From Candidatus Methylomirabilota bacterium (GTDB lineage Bacteria > Methylomirabilota > Methylomirabilia > Rokubacteriales > DASRDR01): a stretch of 64,000 bases of DNA. The position numbers and the translations under genes are program-made. The stretch covers positions 4,076 through 68,075 of the forward strand of contig DATBGA010000121.1 in assembly GCA_036558225.1 (NCBI GenBank). Reading direction: 5' to 3'. Position 1 is the first letter of the stretch; every line of letters begins with the position of its first letter. Shown piece after piece: positions 52,813-62,033 of this stretch. Below the pieces are notes generated by a model. That model was not told the origin of the DNA. It made no database searches and saw only the letters and a list, made by a program, of their open reading frames with translations.

Positions 52813-53472
52813 CTACTTCGGCTGCGGCACGATCCGGATGTAGGGCTTCGGCGACTTCCAGCCGGCCGGGTACTTCTCCTTGGCCTCGGCGTCGGAGACC
52901 GTCCCGCTGATGATCACGTCGTCGCCCTGCTTCCAGTTGACGGGGGTCGAGACCTTGTGCTTCGCCGTCAGCTGGCAGGAATCCAGGATCCGCAGGACCT
53001 CGTCGAAGTTGCGGCCCGTGCTCATCGGATAAGTCAGCATCGCCTTGATCTTCTTGTCGGGGCCGACGACGAACACCGACCGGACGGTCGCGTTGTCGGC
53101 GGGGGTCCGGCCCTGAGACGTGGTGCCGGCCGCCTCGGGCAGCATGTCGTAGGCCTTCGCCACCTTCAGCTCAGGGTCGCCGATCAAGGGATAGGTGACG
53201 GCGTGTCCCTGGGTCTCCTCGATGTCCTTGGACCACCGCTGGTGGTCGTTGACCGGGTCGACGCTGAGGCCGAGGATCTTGCAGTTGCGCTTGTCGAACT
53301 GCGGCTTCAGTCCGGCCATGTAGCCGAGCTCGGTCGTGCAGACCGGCGTGAAGTCCTTCGGGTGCGAGAACAGGATGGCCCAGCCGTTGCCGATCCACTC
53401 GTGGAAGTTGATGGGGCCCTGAGTGGTCTCCGCGGTGAAGTTGGGGGCGTCGCCGTTGATGCGCAGTGTCAT
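52813..53472 (-). CDS. 1-Cys peroxiredoxin (Prx6-type)
   Basis: APNFTAETTQGPINFHEWIGNGWAILFSHPKDFTPVCTTELG. GGAGGTGA lies 5 nt before the ATG. Confidence 0.92.
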   Translation of the reverse strand: MTLRINGDAPNFTAETTQGPINFHEWIGNGWAILFSHPKDFTPVCTTELGYMAGLKPQFDKRNCKILGLSVDPVNDHQRWSKDIEETQGHAVTYPLIGDPELKVAKAYDMLPEAAGTTSQGRTPADNATVRSVFVVGPDKKIKAMLTYPMSTGRNFDEVLRILDSCQLTAKHKVSTPVNWKQGDDVIISGTVSDAEAKEKYPAGWKSPKPYIRIVPQPK

Positions 53473-54350
53473 TGGGTCACCTCCGGTTAGAGAGAGTTTG
53501 GCCAGCTCGACCCGGTACGAGGCGGCGGGTGCCCCGTCGTGCGTCGTGCGCCCTCACGCGGCCCGCAGGCGCGCGTGAGGAAGCGGACCCACCCGAGCCG
53601 AGCGAAACACGGTCTCCTGGGGCGTCAGCACCAGCTCGTAACGGCCGGGCATGCGGTCCAGGGCGTCGTGCACGATACCGAGGACGCGCGATACCACCGC
53701 CGGCCGCTCGAACGGAACGGCCATCTTGATCTGCCAGGGGCCCCAGCAGCCTTTGTGAACGAACGAAGCGACCACCGCGTCGACTCGCGCCCGACCGCGT
53801 AGGTCAGCCGGATCTGCCGGCTCACGACCGCCGCCCGCCTCCGATCTCGCCACGCAGTGAAGGCGGGAAGGGCCACGAGCGACAGCAGCGGGGGAAAGGC
53901 CACCACGGCGGCGGCCATTCGCGCGAGCCGATCCGCCCCCTTCAAGGCTGAGGACCCCGGATGCCCCGACGACACACAGTCATTCTACGTCAGGCACCCC
54001 ACGGAAGTCCGGGGCGCGATCGACCCAATCCAAGCGCTCTGCTCGTCTTCTCCTCCTCTATTGATGGACGTTTCGAGGCTGCGGGTCCCGTCGGCCGCGG
54101 GCGGCGTCCCGGTGCCGGGCGCGGCGGGCGTCCGACGGCTCGAAGGAGCCTCGGCTAGCGAGCGCGGGACAGGGCAAGCGACATGCCATCCGACAGGCCA
54201 ATGAAATCGAGATGTTGCGCGTGGCCCACGATCGCGTGGTCGCGGCGGTCCCGTGAGGCGCGGGGCGGCGACGCGGACGAGCGCGACTAGGGGCGCGGCG
54301 ATGACGCTCGACCAGGCCATCCAGTGGAGGATGCCCGACGGGGAGGGGAG

Positions 54351-54998
54351 TCAGGGCCGGACGCCGACCTCCGCCAGGAGCGCCGCGAGGTCCTGACCGC
54401 GATCCACGCGGTAGACGATTCCCTTCATCCCGAGCGCCTCGGCCGCGCGGACGTTGGCGTCGTAGTCGTCCACGAAGACGCAGGATTCGGGAGGCAGCCC
54501 GATCCGCCCCGCCGCCCGGCGGTAGATCTCGGCGTCCGGCTTCGCCACGCCTTCCTCCGCCGACGAGACGACCGTGTCGAACAGGTCGTGGATCCCGAGC
54601 TCGCGCAGGCGGATTCGTAGGCTCTCATCAGCATTCGACAGGATGGCGGTCCGGTACGCGGGCCGGAGCCGCCGGGCGAGCAGGACGTTGGCCTGGATCA
54701 GGTGGCGGGCCGCCACCCAGGCGTCGTGGAGCCCTGGCAAGGCCCGGCCCGCCCGCTCCTCGAGCAGCCGGTGCGCCTCCGCGCGCCACGCGAGGAGATC
54801 GCCCTGGCCTCGCTCGATCTCCCGCCAGGTGGGCGTTCGGTACAGCGTCTCCAGGAGGGCGTGCCGAGGCAGGCCGTGGGCGTCCTCGAGCCCGGCGGAG
54901 ACGTCCCAGCGCATGTCGATCAGCACCCCGCCGAAGTCGAAGATGACCCCGCGGACGCCCGGGCCGGCGGTCAGGGAAGTTTTGGTCGGGGCGTGCAC
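54351..54998 (-). CDS. HAD-superfamily hydrolase (subfamily IA-like)
   Basis: It has motif I VIFDFGGVL, a motif II-like ILSNA segment and the motif IV-like VFVDDYDANV. GTG start. Confidence 0.8.
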   Translation of the reverse strand: MHAPTKTSLTAGPGVRGVIFDFGGVLIDMRWDVSAGLEDAHGLPRHALLETLYRTPTWREIERGQGDLLAWRAEAHRLLEERAGRALPGLHDAWVAARHLIQANVLLARRLRPAYRTAILSNADESLRIRLRELGIHDLFDTVVSSAEEGVAKPDAEIYRRAAGRIGLPPESCVFVDDYDANVRAAEALGMKGIVYRVDRGQDLAALLAEVGVRP

Positions 54999-55075
54999 GA
55001 CGCGGTACGCTAGCCCGCGGCGTGGTCGGGGTCAAGCCGAGCCCCGGGCCATAGCGGAGCCGCGCGACAGGAGCC

Positions 55076-58000
55076 ATGCCGCCAAAGCCGCCGGGCCCGT
55101 CCAGCCGCGACAGCCTCGCCACCCTGCGCGCCCGCGTCGGGGAGCTCGAGCAGGAGGTCGCTCGCCGCCAGCACGAGGCGGTGGTGATGGCCGCCGCGGC
55201 CCGGCTGGCCGGCGAGAGTCTCGCCGTCGAGGACCTCGCCGACCGAGTCGCCCGGAGCATCGTCCACCTGTTCGACGCCGCCTCGGCCTGCGTCCGCCGT
55301 CTCGAGCCCGACGGGTCGCTCGTGGCGCTCGCCTGGGCCGGGAGGTCCAGCGCCGACGCCTTCGCCCGAGGCCACGCTTTGCCCTCGGGGACGGCGACGG
55401 GCGCACGGGCGGTCGCGCTCGGCCGGCCGGTGTGGACGCCGGACGTGCTGACCGATCCCGACATCACGCTGAGCCCGGACCTGCGCCAGCTCGTGGAGGC
55501 CACCGAGAACCGGGCGGTCCTGGCCGTGCCGCTCAAGGCTCGCGGTGCCGTCATCGGGGCCGTTATCATCGCGTATCCGCTGGGACGCGCCCTCCGTGAG
55601 CACGAGGTGCGGCTGGCGGAGGCTTTCACGGATCAGGCCGCGCTCGCGCTGGAGAACGCGCGGCTGTTGGCCGAGACGCGCGGCCGGCTGGCCGAGAGCG
55701 AGACGCTCCTGACCGTGGCCGGCATGCTCTCCCAGCCGCTGCCGATCGCGGAGGCGATGCGGCGCGTCGCCCGGGAAGTGGCGGTCTCCCTCGCCGCCGA
55801 CATGTCGGGCATCTACTTTCTCGACGCCGCCCGGCAGGCGCTCCGGCCCGTGGCGGGCTACCGCGTGCCGAAGCATCTGCTGGCCGCGCTCCGCGAGACT
55901 CCGTTCCCCATCGAGGTTCTCGGGGAGGCCCTCGCCGAGCGCCGGCCCGTCTGGTCGTCGGACTACCTGGCCGATCCGCACTTCGACTTCCCGTTCATCA
56001 CCTCGATCCGGCCCGGCGCGGTGCTGTTTGCGCCGACCCTGGTCCGTGGAGAGGTGGTCGGTGGCATCTTCCTCGTGTGGTGGACACGCGGTCGCACCTT
56101 CGGCCCGACCGAGATCCGCCTCATCGAGGGCGTCGCGTCCCAGGTGGCGCTCGCGGTGGAGAACGCCGACCTGGCGCGGCAGACGGCCGAGAAGCTGGAC
56201 GAGATGGAACGGCTGCTCACCGTCAGCCGCGCCCTCTCGTCGACGATCGAGCTGGGGCCCCTGCTTCGGACGCTGCTCCAGCAGGTCGCCCGGACGGCGG
56301 GCGCCGACTCCGCGGGCGTGTGGCTCGCGGACGCCGCCACCGGAGAGCTGGAGCCGTTCGCGGGGTACCACGTCCCGCCGGACGTGCTGCAGCGGCTGAA
56401 GAGCCACCGCATCGATCCCGGCCGGAGTCCGCTGTACGCGGAGGCGATCGCCCGGCGGGCGGTGAGGATCTGGACGCGCGACCAGGACGCGGGGCAATCG
56501 CCGCCCGGGTTCGTGAGCCTCGCGCCGCATCGGGCGCAGCTCTTCGCTCCCATCGTCGCGAACGAGCGCCTGGTCGGCGCGATCATCGTGGTCTGGTGGG
56601 AGCGCGAGCTGACGTGCGGCGACCGAGAGCTCGCGCTGGTGGCTGCCATGGCGAGCCAGGCCGGGATCGCGCTCGAGCACGCCCGCCTGTTCGCGGACGA
56701 CCGGCGGAAGCTGGCCGAGCTGTCCGCGCTGTACGAGCTCTCCCGGGTGGTGACCGGTCAGCTGGACACGGCGCAGCTCGTCGAGGCCGTCCATCGGGAG
56801 GTGGCGCGGGTGCTGGACGTCCGCAGCCTGGCCATCTTCTTCTACGACCCGGCCCGTCGCGAGCTGGAGGTCGCCCTGCGCGAGTGGGGCGGAGCCCGGG
56901 AATCGGACCTTCCGCGGCGGCGCGCCCTCGGCGTCGGCCTCGCGACCGCCGTCGTGACCCGGCGGGCGCCGCTCCGCACGGCCGACTACGCCGCCGCGTG
57001 CGAGCGGGAGGGCGTCGTCCCGGTGCCCGAGACGCTGGCCCTGCCGCACTGGCTCGGCGTGCCCATCATGGCCGGCGACGACGTGCTGGGCGTCCTGACG
57101 CTCGCGGACGCCGCGCGCCCGTTCACGGCGGCCGACGAGCGCCTCCTGAGCAACATCGCGAGCCTCACGGCGCTGGCGCTCCGCAGCGCGCGCCTCTACG
57201 AGGAGCGCTCGGCGACCTACCGGGAGCTCGCCCTGGCCCAGGAGCACCTGGTGCGGACCGAGAAGCTCCGGGCGCTCGGCGAGATGGCGGCGGGGGTGGC
57301 GCACGACTTCAACAACCTCCTCGCCGTCATCGTCGGTCGCGCCGAGCTGCTCCTGCGGCGCGTCCAGGGGACCGAGCTCGCGCGCGGCCTCGAGACGATC
57401 CACCAGGCGGCGCTCGACGGCGCCCAGACCGTGCGGCGCATCCAGGAGTTCACGCGGACGCGCCGGACCCGGCCGTTCCGCCGCGTGGACCTCCTGGACA
57501 TCGTCCGGGAGGTCGTCGAGATGACACGGCCGCGCTGGAAGGACGAGGCGCAGAGCCGGGGCGTCGCCTACGACGTGGAAATCGACGGCGGAGCGGTCCC
57601 GTGGGTCGCCGGACGGCCCGAAGAGCTGCGCGAGGTCTTCACCAACCTCCTCACCAACGCGCTCGAGGCGATGCCCAAGGGGGGCCGTCTCGTCTTCGGC
57701 CTCGGCACGCAGGGGAGCAGCGCCATCGTCACGGTCCGCGACACGGGGGTCGGCATGTCGCCCGAGACCGCGCGCCGGGTCTTCGAGCCTTTCTTCACGA
57801 CGAAAGGCCCGCAGGGCAGCGGCCTCGGGCTCGCCGTCGTCTGGGGCATCGTGGCGCGGCACGGCGGAACGGTGGAGGTGGCCAGCCAGCCCGGGTCGGG
57901 GAGCACGTTTACGGTGCGGCTCCCCGGCGCGCGCTCGGTGCCGGAGCCGCCCGCGGGAACCGCGCCCGCACGGCCCGCGCGCCCGGCGCGCGTTCTCGTG

Positions 58001-58378
58001 GTCGACGATGAGGCGGGCGTGCGCGCGGTGCTCCGGGAGATCCTTGGCGGAGAGGGCTACACGGTCGTCGACGTGCCGGACGGCCCCTCGGGGCTGGCGC
58101 ACTGCGAGACGGAGCCGGTCGACGTCGTGCTCAGCGACGTGTCGATGCCGGGGATGTCGGGCTGGGAGGTCGCCGAGGCGTGCCATGCCCGGTTCCCGGA
58201 CGTGCCGGTCGGGCTCATCACGGGCTGGGGCGACCACCTCGATCCGGCTGAGCTGGCGCGCCACGGGGTGCGGTTCGTCGTCGCGAAGCCGTTCGAGGCC
58301 GCCGAGGTCCTGCATCGGGTGGGCGACGCCCTCGCCGCGGCCGACGGGCCTGACACGCCCGACGGTGCGGCGGCGTGA
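55076..58378 (+). CDS. Hybrid sensor histidine kinase with four GAF domains and a C-terminal receiver
   Basis: An N-terminal coiled coil is followed by four GAF-like repeats, each ending ...A(L/V)ALENA/EHARL. It has the H-box AHDFNNLL and the HATPase motifs DTGVGM and GSGLGLA. The receiver has ARVLVVDDE...VLSDVSMPGMSG...KPF. Confidence 0.88.
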   Translation: MPPKPPGPSSRDSLATLRARVGELEQEVARRQHEAVVMAAAARLAGESLAVEDLADRVARSIVHLFDAASACVRRLEPDGSLVALAWAGRSSADAFARGHALPSGTATGARAVALGRPVWTPDVLTDPDITLSPDLRQLVEATENRAVLAVPLKARGAVIGAVIIAYPLGRALREHEVRLAEAFTDQAALALENARLLAETRGRLAESETLLTVAGMLSQPLPIAEAMRRVAREVAVSLAADMSGIYFLDAARQALRPVAGYRVPKHLLAALRETPFPIEVLGEALAERRPVWSSDYLADPHFDFPFITSIRPGAVLFAPTLVRGEVVGGIFLVWWTRGRTFGPTEIRLIEGVASQVALAVENADLARQTAEKLDEMERLLTVSRALSSTIELGPLLRTLLQQVARTAGADSAGVWLADAATGELEPFAGYHVPPDVLQRLKSHRIDPGRSPLYAEAIARRAVRIWTRDQDAGQSPPGFVSLAPHRAQLFAPIVANERLVGAIIVVWWERELTCGDRELALVAAMASQAGIALEHARLFADDRRKLAELSALYELSRVVTGQLDTAQLVEAVHREVARVLDVRSLAIFFYDPARRELEVALREWGGARESDLPRRRALGVGLATAVVTRRAPLRTADYAAACEREGVVPVPETLALPHWLGVPIMAGDDVLGVLTLADAARPFTAADERLLSNIASLTALALRSARLYEERSATYRELALAQEHLVRTEKLRALGEMAAGVAHDFNNLLAVIVGRAELLLRRVQGTELARGLETIHQAALDGAQTVRRIQEFTRTRRTRPFRRVDLLDIVREVVEMTRPRWKDEAQSRGVAYDVEIDGGAVPWVAGRPEELREVFTNLLTNALEAMPKGGRLVFGLGTQGSSAIVTVRDTGVGMSPETARRVFEPFFTTKGPQGSGLGLAVVWGIVARHGGTVEVASQPGSGSTFTVRLPGARSVPEPPAGTAPARPARPARVLVVDDEAGVRAVLREILGGEGYTVVDVPDGPSGLAHCETEPVDVVLSDVSMPGMSGWEVAEACHARFPDVPVGLITGWGDHLDPAELARHGVRFVVAKPFEAAEVLHRVGDALAAADGPDTPDGAAA

Positions 58379-58429
58379 CGCGCGCCCGTTGCGGCGCCGG
58401 AAGGGCGCCGGTATGATGAGCTTCGCGCG

Positions 58430-58513
58430 ATGGCAGGCTTCTACTGTCCGAAATGCCTCAAGACGGCTCCCGTGCAGAAGGTGTGCTGCGGGCGGCCGAT
58501 GAAGCGCGGCTAG
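58430..58513 (+). CDS. Possible 27-aa Cys-rich micro-protein MAGFYCPKCLKTAPVQKVCCGRPMKRG
   Basis: The ORF is below the track cut-off, has CxxC...CC spacing like a half zinc ribbon and mostly G/C third positions. It has no good SD, so support is weak. Confidence 0.25.
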   Translation: MAGFYCPKCLKTAPVQKVCCGRPMKRG

Positions 58514-58565
58514 CGCCGTCTCGCGTGCCCCCCACCCCGCCCGTCGCCTGAGGCTCCCCGCTCCC

Positions 58566-59567
58566 ATGACCGCCGCGCCGGCCGCGCCGCTCGTCGTCGT
58601 GTGCGGACTCGATCACGTGAGCCTCACCGAGGAGCAGGAGGTCTTCGCCCGGGCGGGCGTGCGGCTCCAGACGGTGGTCGCGCGCACCGACGCCGAGTAC
58701 CTCGAGCGGTGCGCCGACGCCGACGCCCTGCTGATCCAGTATGGCGACCTGTCGCGCCGCGTCTTCGAGGGACTCCCCCGGGTCCGAGTGGTGGTCCGGT
58801 ATGGCGTCGGCGTGGACGGCATCGATCTCGCGGCGGCGACCGACCACGGCGTGCCGATCGTGAACGTGCCGGACTACGGGACCGACGAGGTCGCGAACCA
58901 CGCGGTGGCGCTTCTCCTGGCCCTGGCCCGCAAGCTCCCTCGGCTCGACCGCCAGACGCGGAGCGGCGGCTGGGACGTGTTCCGGGTCGGTCCCGTGGCG
59001 CGTCTCTCGGGTCAGACCGTGGGGATCCTAGGATGCGGCCGCATCGGGTCGGCGGTCGCCCGCAAGCTCGGTGGCTTCGACGTGCGCCTCCTCGGCTGCG
59101 ACCCCTACGTCGACACCTTCCCGCCGGGGGTCCAGCCCGTGGCCTTCGAGCGGCTGCTCGCCGAATCGGACTACGTCACGATCCACTGCCCCCTCACCGA
59201 CGAGACGCATCACGCCTTCGACGCCGAGTCGCTGTCGTGGATGCGACCGACCGCGGCGCTGATCAACACGGCGCGCGGAGGTATCGTCGACACCGCCGCG
59301 CTCGTCGCGGCCCTCCAGGAGGGGCTCCTGGCGGGCGCGGGGCTCGACGTGCTCGAGCACGAGCCGATCGACCCCGCGAGCCCCTTGCTCCGGATGGAGC
59401 AGGTGATCGTGACGCCCCACGCCGCCTGGTACTCGGAGGAGGGGCGCTCCGATCTCAAGCGGCGCGCGGCCGAGGAGGCCGTGCGGGTGCTGCGCGGGGA
59501 GCGACCGCGCAACTGCGTCAACGCCGAGGTGCTGGGACGCCTGCGCCGGCCCGCCGCCGGCGGCTGA
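58566..59567 (+). CDS. D-isomer-specific 2-hydroxyacid dehydrogenase family protein (second copy)
   Basis: It has the NAD motif VGILGCGRIGSAVARKL, NTARGGIVDT and TPHAAWYS. Confidence 0.85.
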   Translation: MTAAPAAPLVVVCGLDHVSLTEEQEVFARAGVRLQTVVARTDAEYLERCADADALLIQYGDLSRRVFEGLPRVRVVVRYGVGVDGIDLAAATDHGVPIVNVPDYGTDEVANHAVALLLALARKLPRLDRQTRSGGWDVFRVGPVARLSGQTVGILGCGRIGSAVARKLGGFDVRLLGCDPYVDTFPPGVQPVAFERLLAESDYVTIHCPLTDETHHAFDAESLSWMRPTAALINTARGGIVDTAALVAALQEGLLAGAGLDVLEHEPIDPASPLLRMEQVIVTPHAAWYSEEGRSDLKRRAAEEAVRVLRGERPRNCVNAEVLGRLRRPAAGG

Positions 59568-59627
59568 GAGCCGAGACCGACGTGGCTCGCCGCCGACTGG
59601 CACGTCAGTGCGGTGGGGGGACGTGGG

Positions 59628-59648
59628 GCCACAGGCCGAAGGCCGTCC
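59628..59648 (+). repeat. 21-nt motif GCCACAGGCCGAAGGCCGTCC, copy B (spacer upstream of the kdgK-like gene)
   Basis: It is identical to 40850-40870. It is enclosed by GGACG/CGTCC, with further possible pairings GGGGC/GCCCC, GGGGGG/CCCCC and GTCAGT/ACTGAC across 59605-59686. Confidence 0.7.
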
Positions 59649-59688
59649 GAGGAAGCCCCGCCGCTTCCCCCTACGGTGACTGACCGCC

Positions 59689-60660
59689 GTGGCCACGACG
59701 CTCTTCGACGTCATCGCCCCCGGCGAGGTCATGCTGCGCCTGGCCTCGCGCCCGCCTACGCGGCTCGAGCAGGCGAGGGAGCTCGACGTGTCGTATGGCG
59801 GGACCGAGGCGAACGTCCTGTGCGCCCTGGCGCGCCTCGGGCATCGCACGGCGTGGATCTCCGCGCTGCCGGCAAACGTCTGGGGCGAGCGCCTGGCCCG
59901 CGAGCTCCGCGGCCACGGCGTGGACGTCGAGCACGTCGCCTGGCGCGAGGGCGGCCGGATCGGCACCTACTTCATCGAGTACGGCGTCGCGCCCCGCCCC
60001 ATCCGGGTGGTCTACGACCGGAAGGACTCCGCGTTCGCGTCGCTGGACGAGGCGGATGTGGACTGGGCCTCCGTGTCCCGCACACGGGTCGTCCACGTCA
60101 CCGGCATCACGGCCGCGCTCGGCCCGCGGCCGCGCCGCCTGTTCGAGCGCGCGGTCGAGGCGGCCCGGGCGGGCGGCGCTCTCCTGTCTCTCGACGTCAA
60201 CCACCGCACGGCGCTCTGGACGCACGAGGCGGCCCGGGCGTACCTGGAGCCCCTGCTCGCGCGCGTCGGGCTCCTCTTCATGGGGATCGAGGACGCGCGG
60301 CGCGTGTTCGGGCTCGCGGGCGAGCCCGAGACCGTCGCGGCGAGTCTGCGCGGGCTGGCGCCCGCGGCGATCGTCGTCCTGACGCTCGGCGATCAGGGCT
60401 CGGTGGTGCTGACCGACCGGCCGCACCGGCCGACGCGCCTTTACAGCCTGGACGCCGTGGCCGACCGGGTCGGGGCCGGCGACGCCTTCGCGGCCGGATT
60501 CCTGCACGGCTGGCTGACGACCGGGGACGTGCAGCGGGCCCAGGATCTCGGCACGGCCCTCGCGGCGCTGAAGTGTACGATGTGGGGTGACATCGCGGTC
60601 GTCCGGCCCGGCGAGCTCGAGGAGCTCCTGGCGCAGCCGGATCCGCGCATCCGCCGATGA
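59689..60660 (+). CDS. PfkB-family sugar kinase (2-dehydro-3-deoxygluconokinase-like)
   Basis: GEVMLRL...YGGTEANV and the C-terminal DRVGAGDAFAAGFL motif. GTG start. Confidence 0.82.
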   Translation: MATTLFDVIAPGEVMLRLASRPPTRLEQARELDVSYGGTEANVLCALARLGHRTAWISALPANVWGERLARELRGHGVDVEHVAWREGGRIGTYFIEYGVAPRPIRVVYDRKDSAFASLDEADVDWASVSRTRVVHVTGITAALGPRPRRLFERAVEAARAGGALLSLDVNHRTALWTHEAARAYLEPLLARVGLLFMGIEDARRVFGLAGEPETVAASLRGLAPAAIVVLTLGDQGSVVLTDRPHRPTRLYSLDAVADRVGAGDAFAAGFLHGWLTTGDVQRAQDLGTALAALKCTMWGDIAVVRPGELEELLAQPDPRIRR

Positions 60661-60698
60661 GACCCGCCCCGCGGCGGGCGGCAAGGGGGAGGACTCCG

Positions 60699-61622
60699 GT
60701 GACGGCCAATCGACACGTGTACCTCGACGGTAAGCTCGTGCCCTACGCGGACGCGCGGATCCACGTCCAGTCGACGGCGGTGAAGTACGGGGGGTCAGTC
60801 TTCGAGGGGCTCCGGGCCTACTGGAACCCGGCTCACGAGGAGCTCTACGTCTTCCGGCTCAAGGAGCACGTCGACCGCCTCTTCGGATCGATGCGCCTCA
60901 TGCGGATGAAGCACTCGCTGACGCGCGAGGAGGTCGAGCGGTCGATCCTGGAGGTCCTCCGGAAGAACCAGGCGCGGGAGGATGTGCACATCCGGCAGAC
61001 CGCCTACCTGTCGAGCGACGGCGACATGGACGACACGGGGCCGGTGGGCCTCGCCGTCGACGCGCGCCCCCGGAAGGCGACGCAGAAGCCGGGCATCGCG
61101 GTCGGCGTCTCGTCGTGGACCCGCATCGCCGACGGCTCCATGCCGCCCCGCATCAAGTGCTCCGCGAACTACCAGAACGGCCGGCTCGCCGTGCTGGAGG
61201 CGAAGGCGAACGGCTACGACAGCGCCCTCCTCCTGAACACGCGCGGGAAGGTGGCCGAGGCGCCCGGAGCCTGCTGCTTCCTCATGCGCGGCGGCGTGCC
61301 CATCACGCCGCCGGTGACCGCGGACATCCTGGAGTCCGTGACGCGGACGACCCTCCTCGAGCTGTTCCGGACCGAGCTCGGCCAGCCCGCGATCGAGCGC
61401 GACGTCGATCGCACCGAGCTCTACCTCGCGGACGAGGCCTTCCTCTGCGGCAGCGGCTGGGAGATCACGCCGGTGGTGTCCATCGACCGGATGCCCCTCG
61501 GCGACGGGGTCCAGCCGGGCCCGGTGACGCGCGCGATCCAGGCCTGCTACTTCGCGGTGGTCCGGGGCGAGAAGCCCGCCTACCGCCACTGGCTGACCCC
61601 GGTCTACGGCCGCGAGGCTTGA
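60699..61622 (+). CDS. ilvE: Branched-chain-amino-acid aminotransferase (class IV)
   Basis: The start is set at GTG 60699 (GGGGGAGGA 5 nt upstream; the listed ATG at 60657 overlaps the kdgK-like stop). It has YLDGKLVPYADARIHV, FEGLRAY and KCSANYQNG. Confidence 0.85.
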   Translation: MTANRHVYLDGKLVPYADARIHVQSTAVKYGGSVFEGLRAYWNPAHEELYVFRLKEHVDRLFGSMRLMRMKHSLTREEVERSILEVLRKNQAREDVHIRQTAYLSSDGDMDDTGPVGLAVDARPRKATQKPGIAVGVSSWTRIADGSMPPRIKCSANYQNGRLAVLEAKANGYDSALLLNTRGKVAEAPGACCFLMRGGVPITPPVTADILESVTRTTLLELFRTELGQPAIERDVDRTELYLADEAFLCGSGWEITPVVSIDRMPLGDGVQPGPVTRAIQACYFAVVRGEKPAYRHWLTPVYGREA

Positions 61623-61629
61623 GCCGGCC

Positions 61630-61657
61630 AGGCATCCGCCGGCGCCGGCGCATGCCT
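61630..61657 (+). terminator. Near-perfect 28-bp palindrome after ilvE (terminator-like)
   Basis: AGGCATCCGCCGGC|GCCGGCGCATGCCT has one mismatch and begins 8 nt after the stop. There is no U tract. Confidence 0.3.
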
Positions 61658-61697
61658 CGGCGCGGCCTGCGAGGTAAGGCAGGCGGGGGTGTGACGT

Positions 61698-61733
61698 TGA
61701 CACCAGTGTGCTACATGTAGCACACTGGTGTCA
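61698..61733. promoter_or_regulatory. Perfect 36-bp palindrome TGACACCAGTGTGCTACA|TGTAGCACACTGGTGTCA abutting the antitoxin start codon (putative TA operator)
   Basis: Exact dyad symmetry was verified base by base. The left end overlaps a TTGACA hexamer (61697-61702) and the last base is the A of the ATG at 61733. Confidence 0.7.
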
Positions 61734-61969
61734 TGCGCACCGCCGGAGTCCGCGAAGCTCGTCAGAACCTTTCCGTGCTCCTCGATGAGGTCAAGAGAGG
61801 CCGGGAAGTGGTGATCACCGAGCGCGGTCGTCCAGTGGCAAAGCTGGTGGCCCCCGATCGCCCGCGCGGCCGGGGCGTGCCGAACCTCGCGACATTCCGT
61901 CGAACCATGCCCACTCTCCATCCCCCGCTCTCGGCGACCGTCCAGGAGGGTCGCGAGGATCGCCTCTAG
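61733..61969 (+). CDS. Phd/YefM-family type II antitoxin
   Basis: 78 aa. AGVREARQNLSVLLDEVKRGREVVITERGRPVAKLV is a typical Phd/YefM N-terminal domain. Confidence 0.82.
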   Translation: MRTAGVREARQNLSVLLDEVKRGREVVITERGRPVAKLVAPDRPRGRGVPNLATFRRTMPTLHPPLSATVQEGREDRL

Positions 61970-62033
61970 GAAACGCACTTCGGCGAGGGTTCGGGAGCAA
62001 CGCACCGCCTACCAGGCCGGGCTTCCTGGCCCG

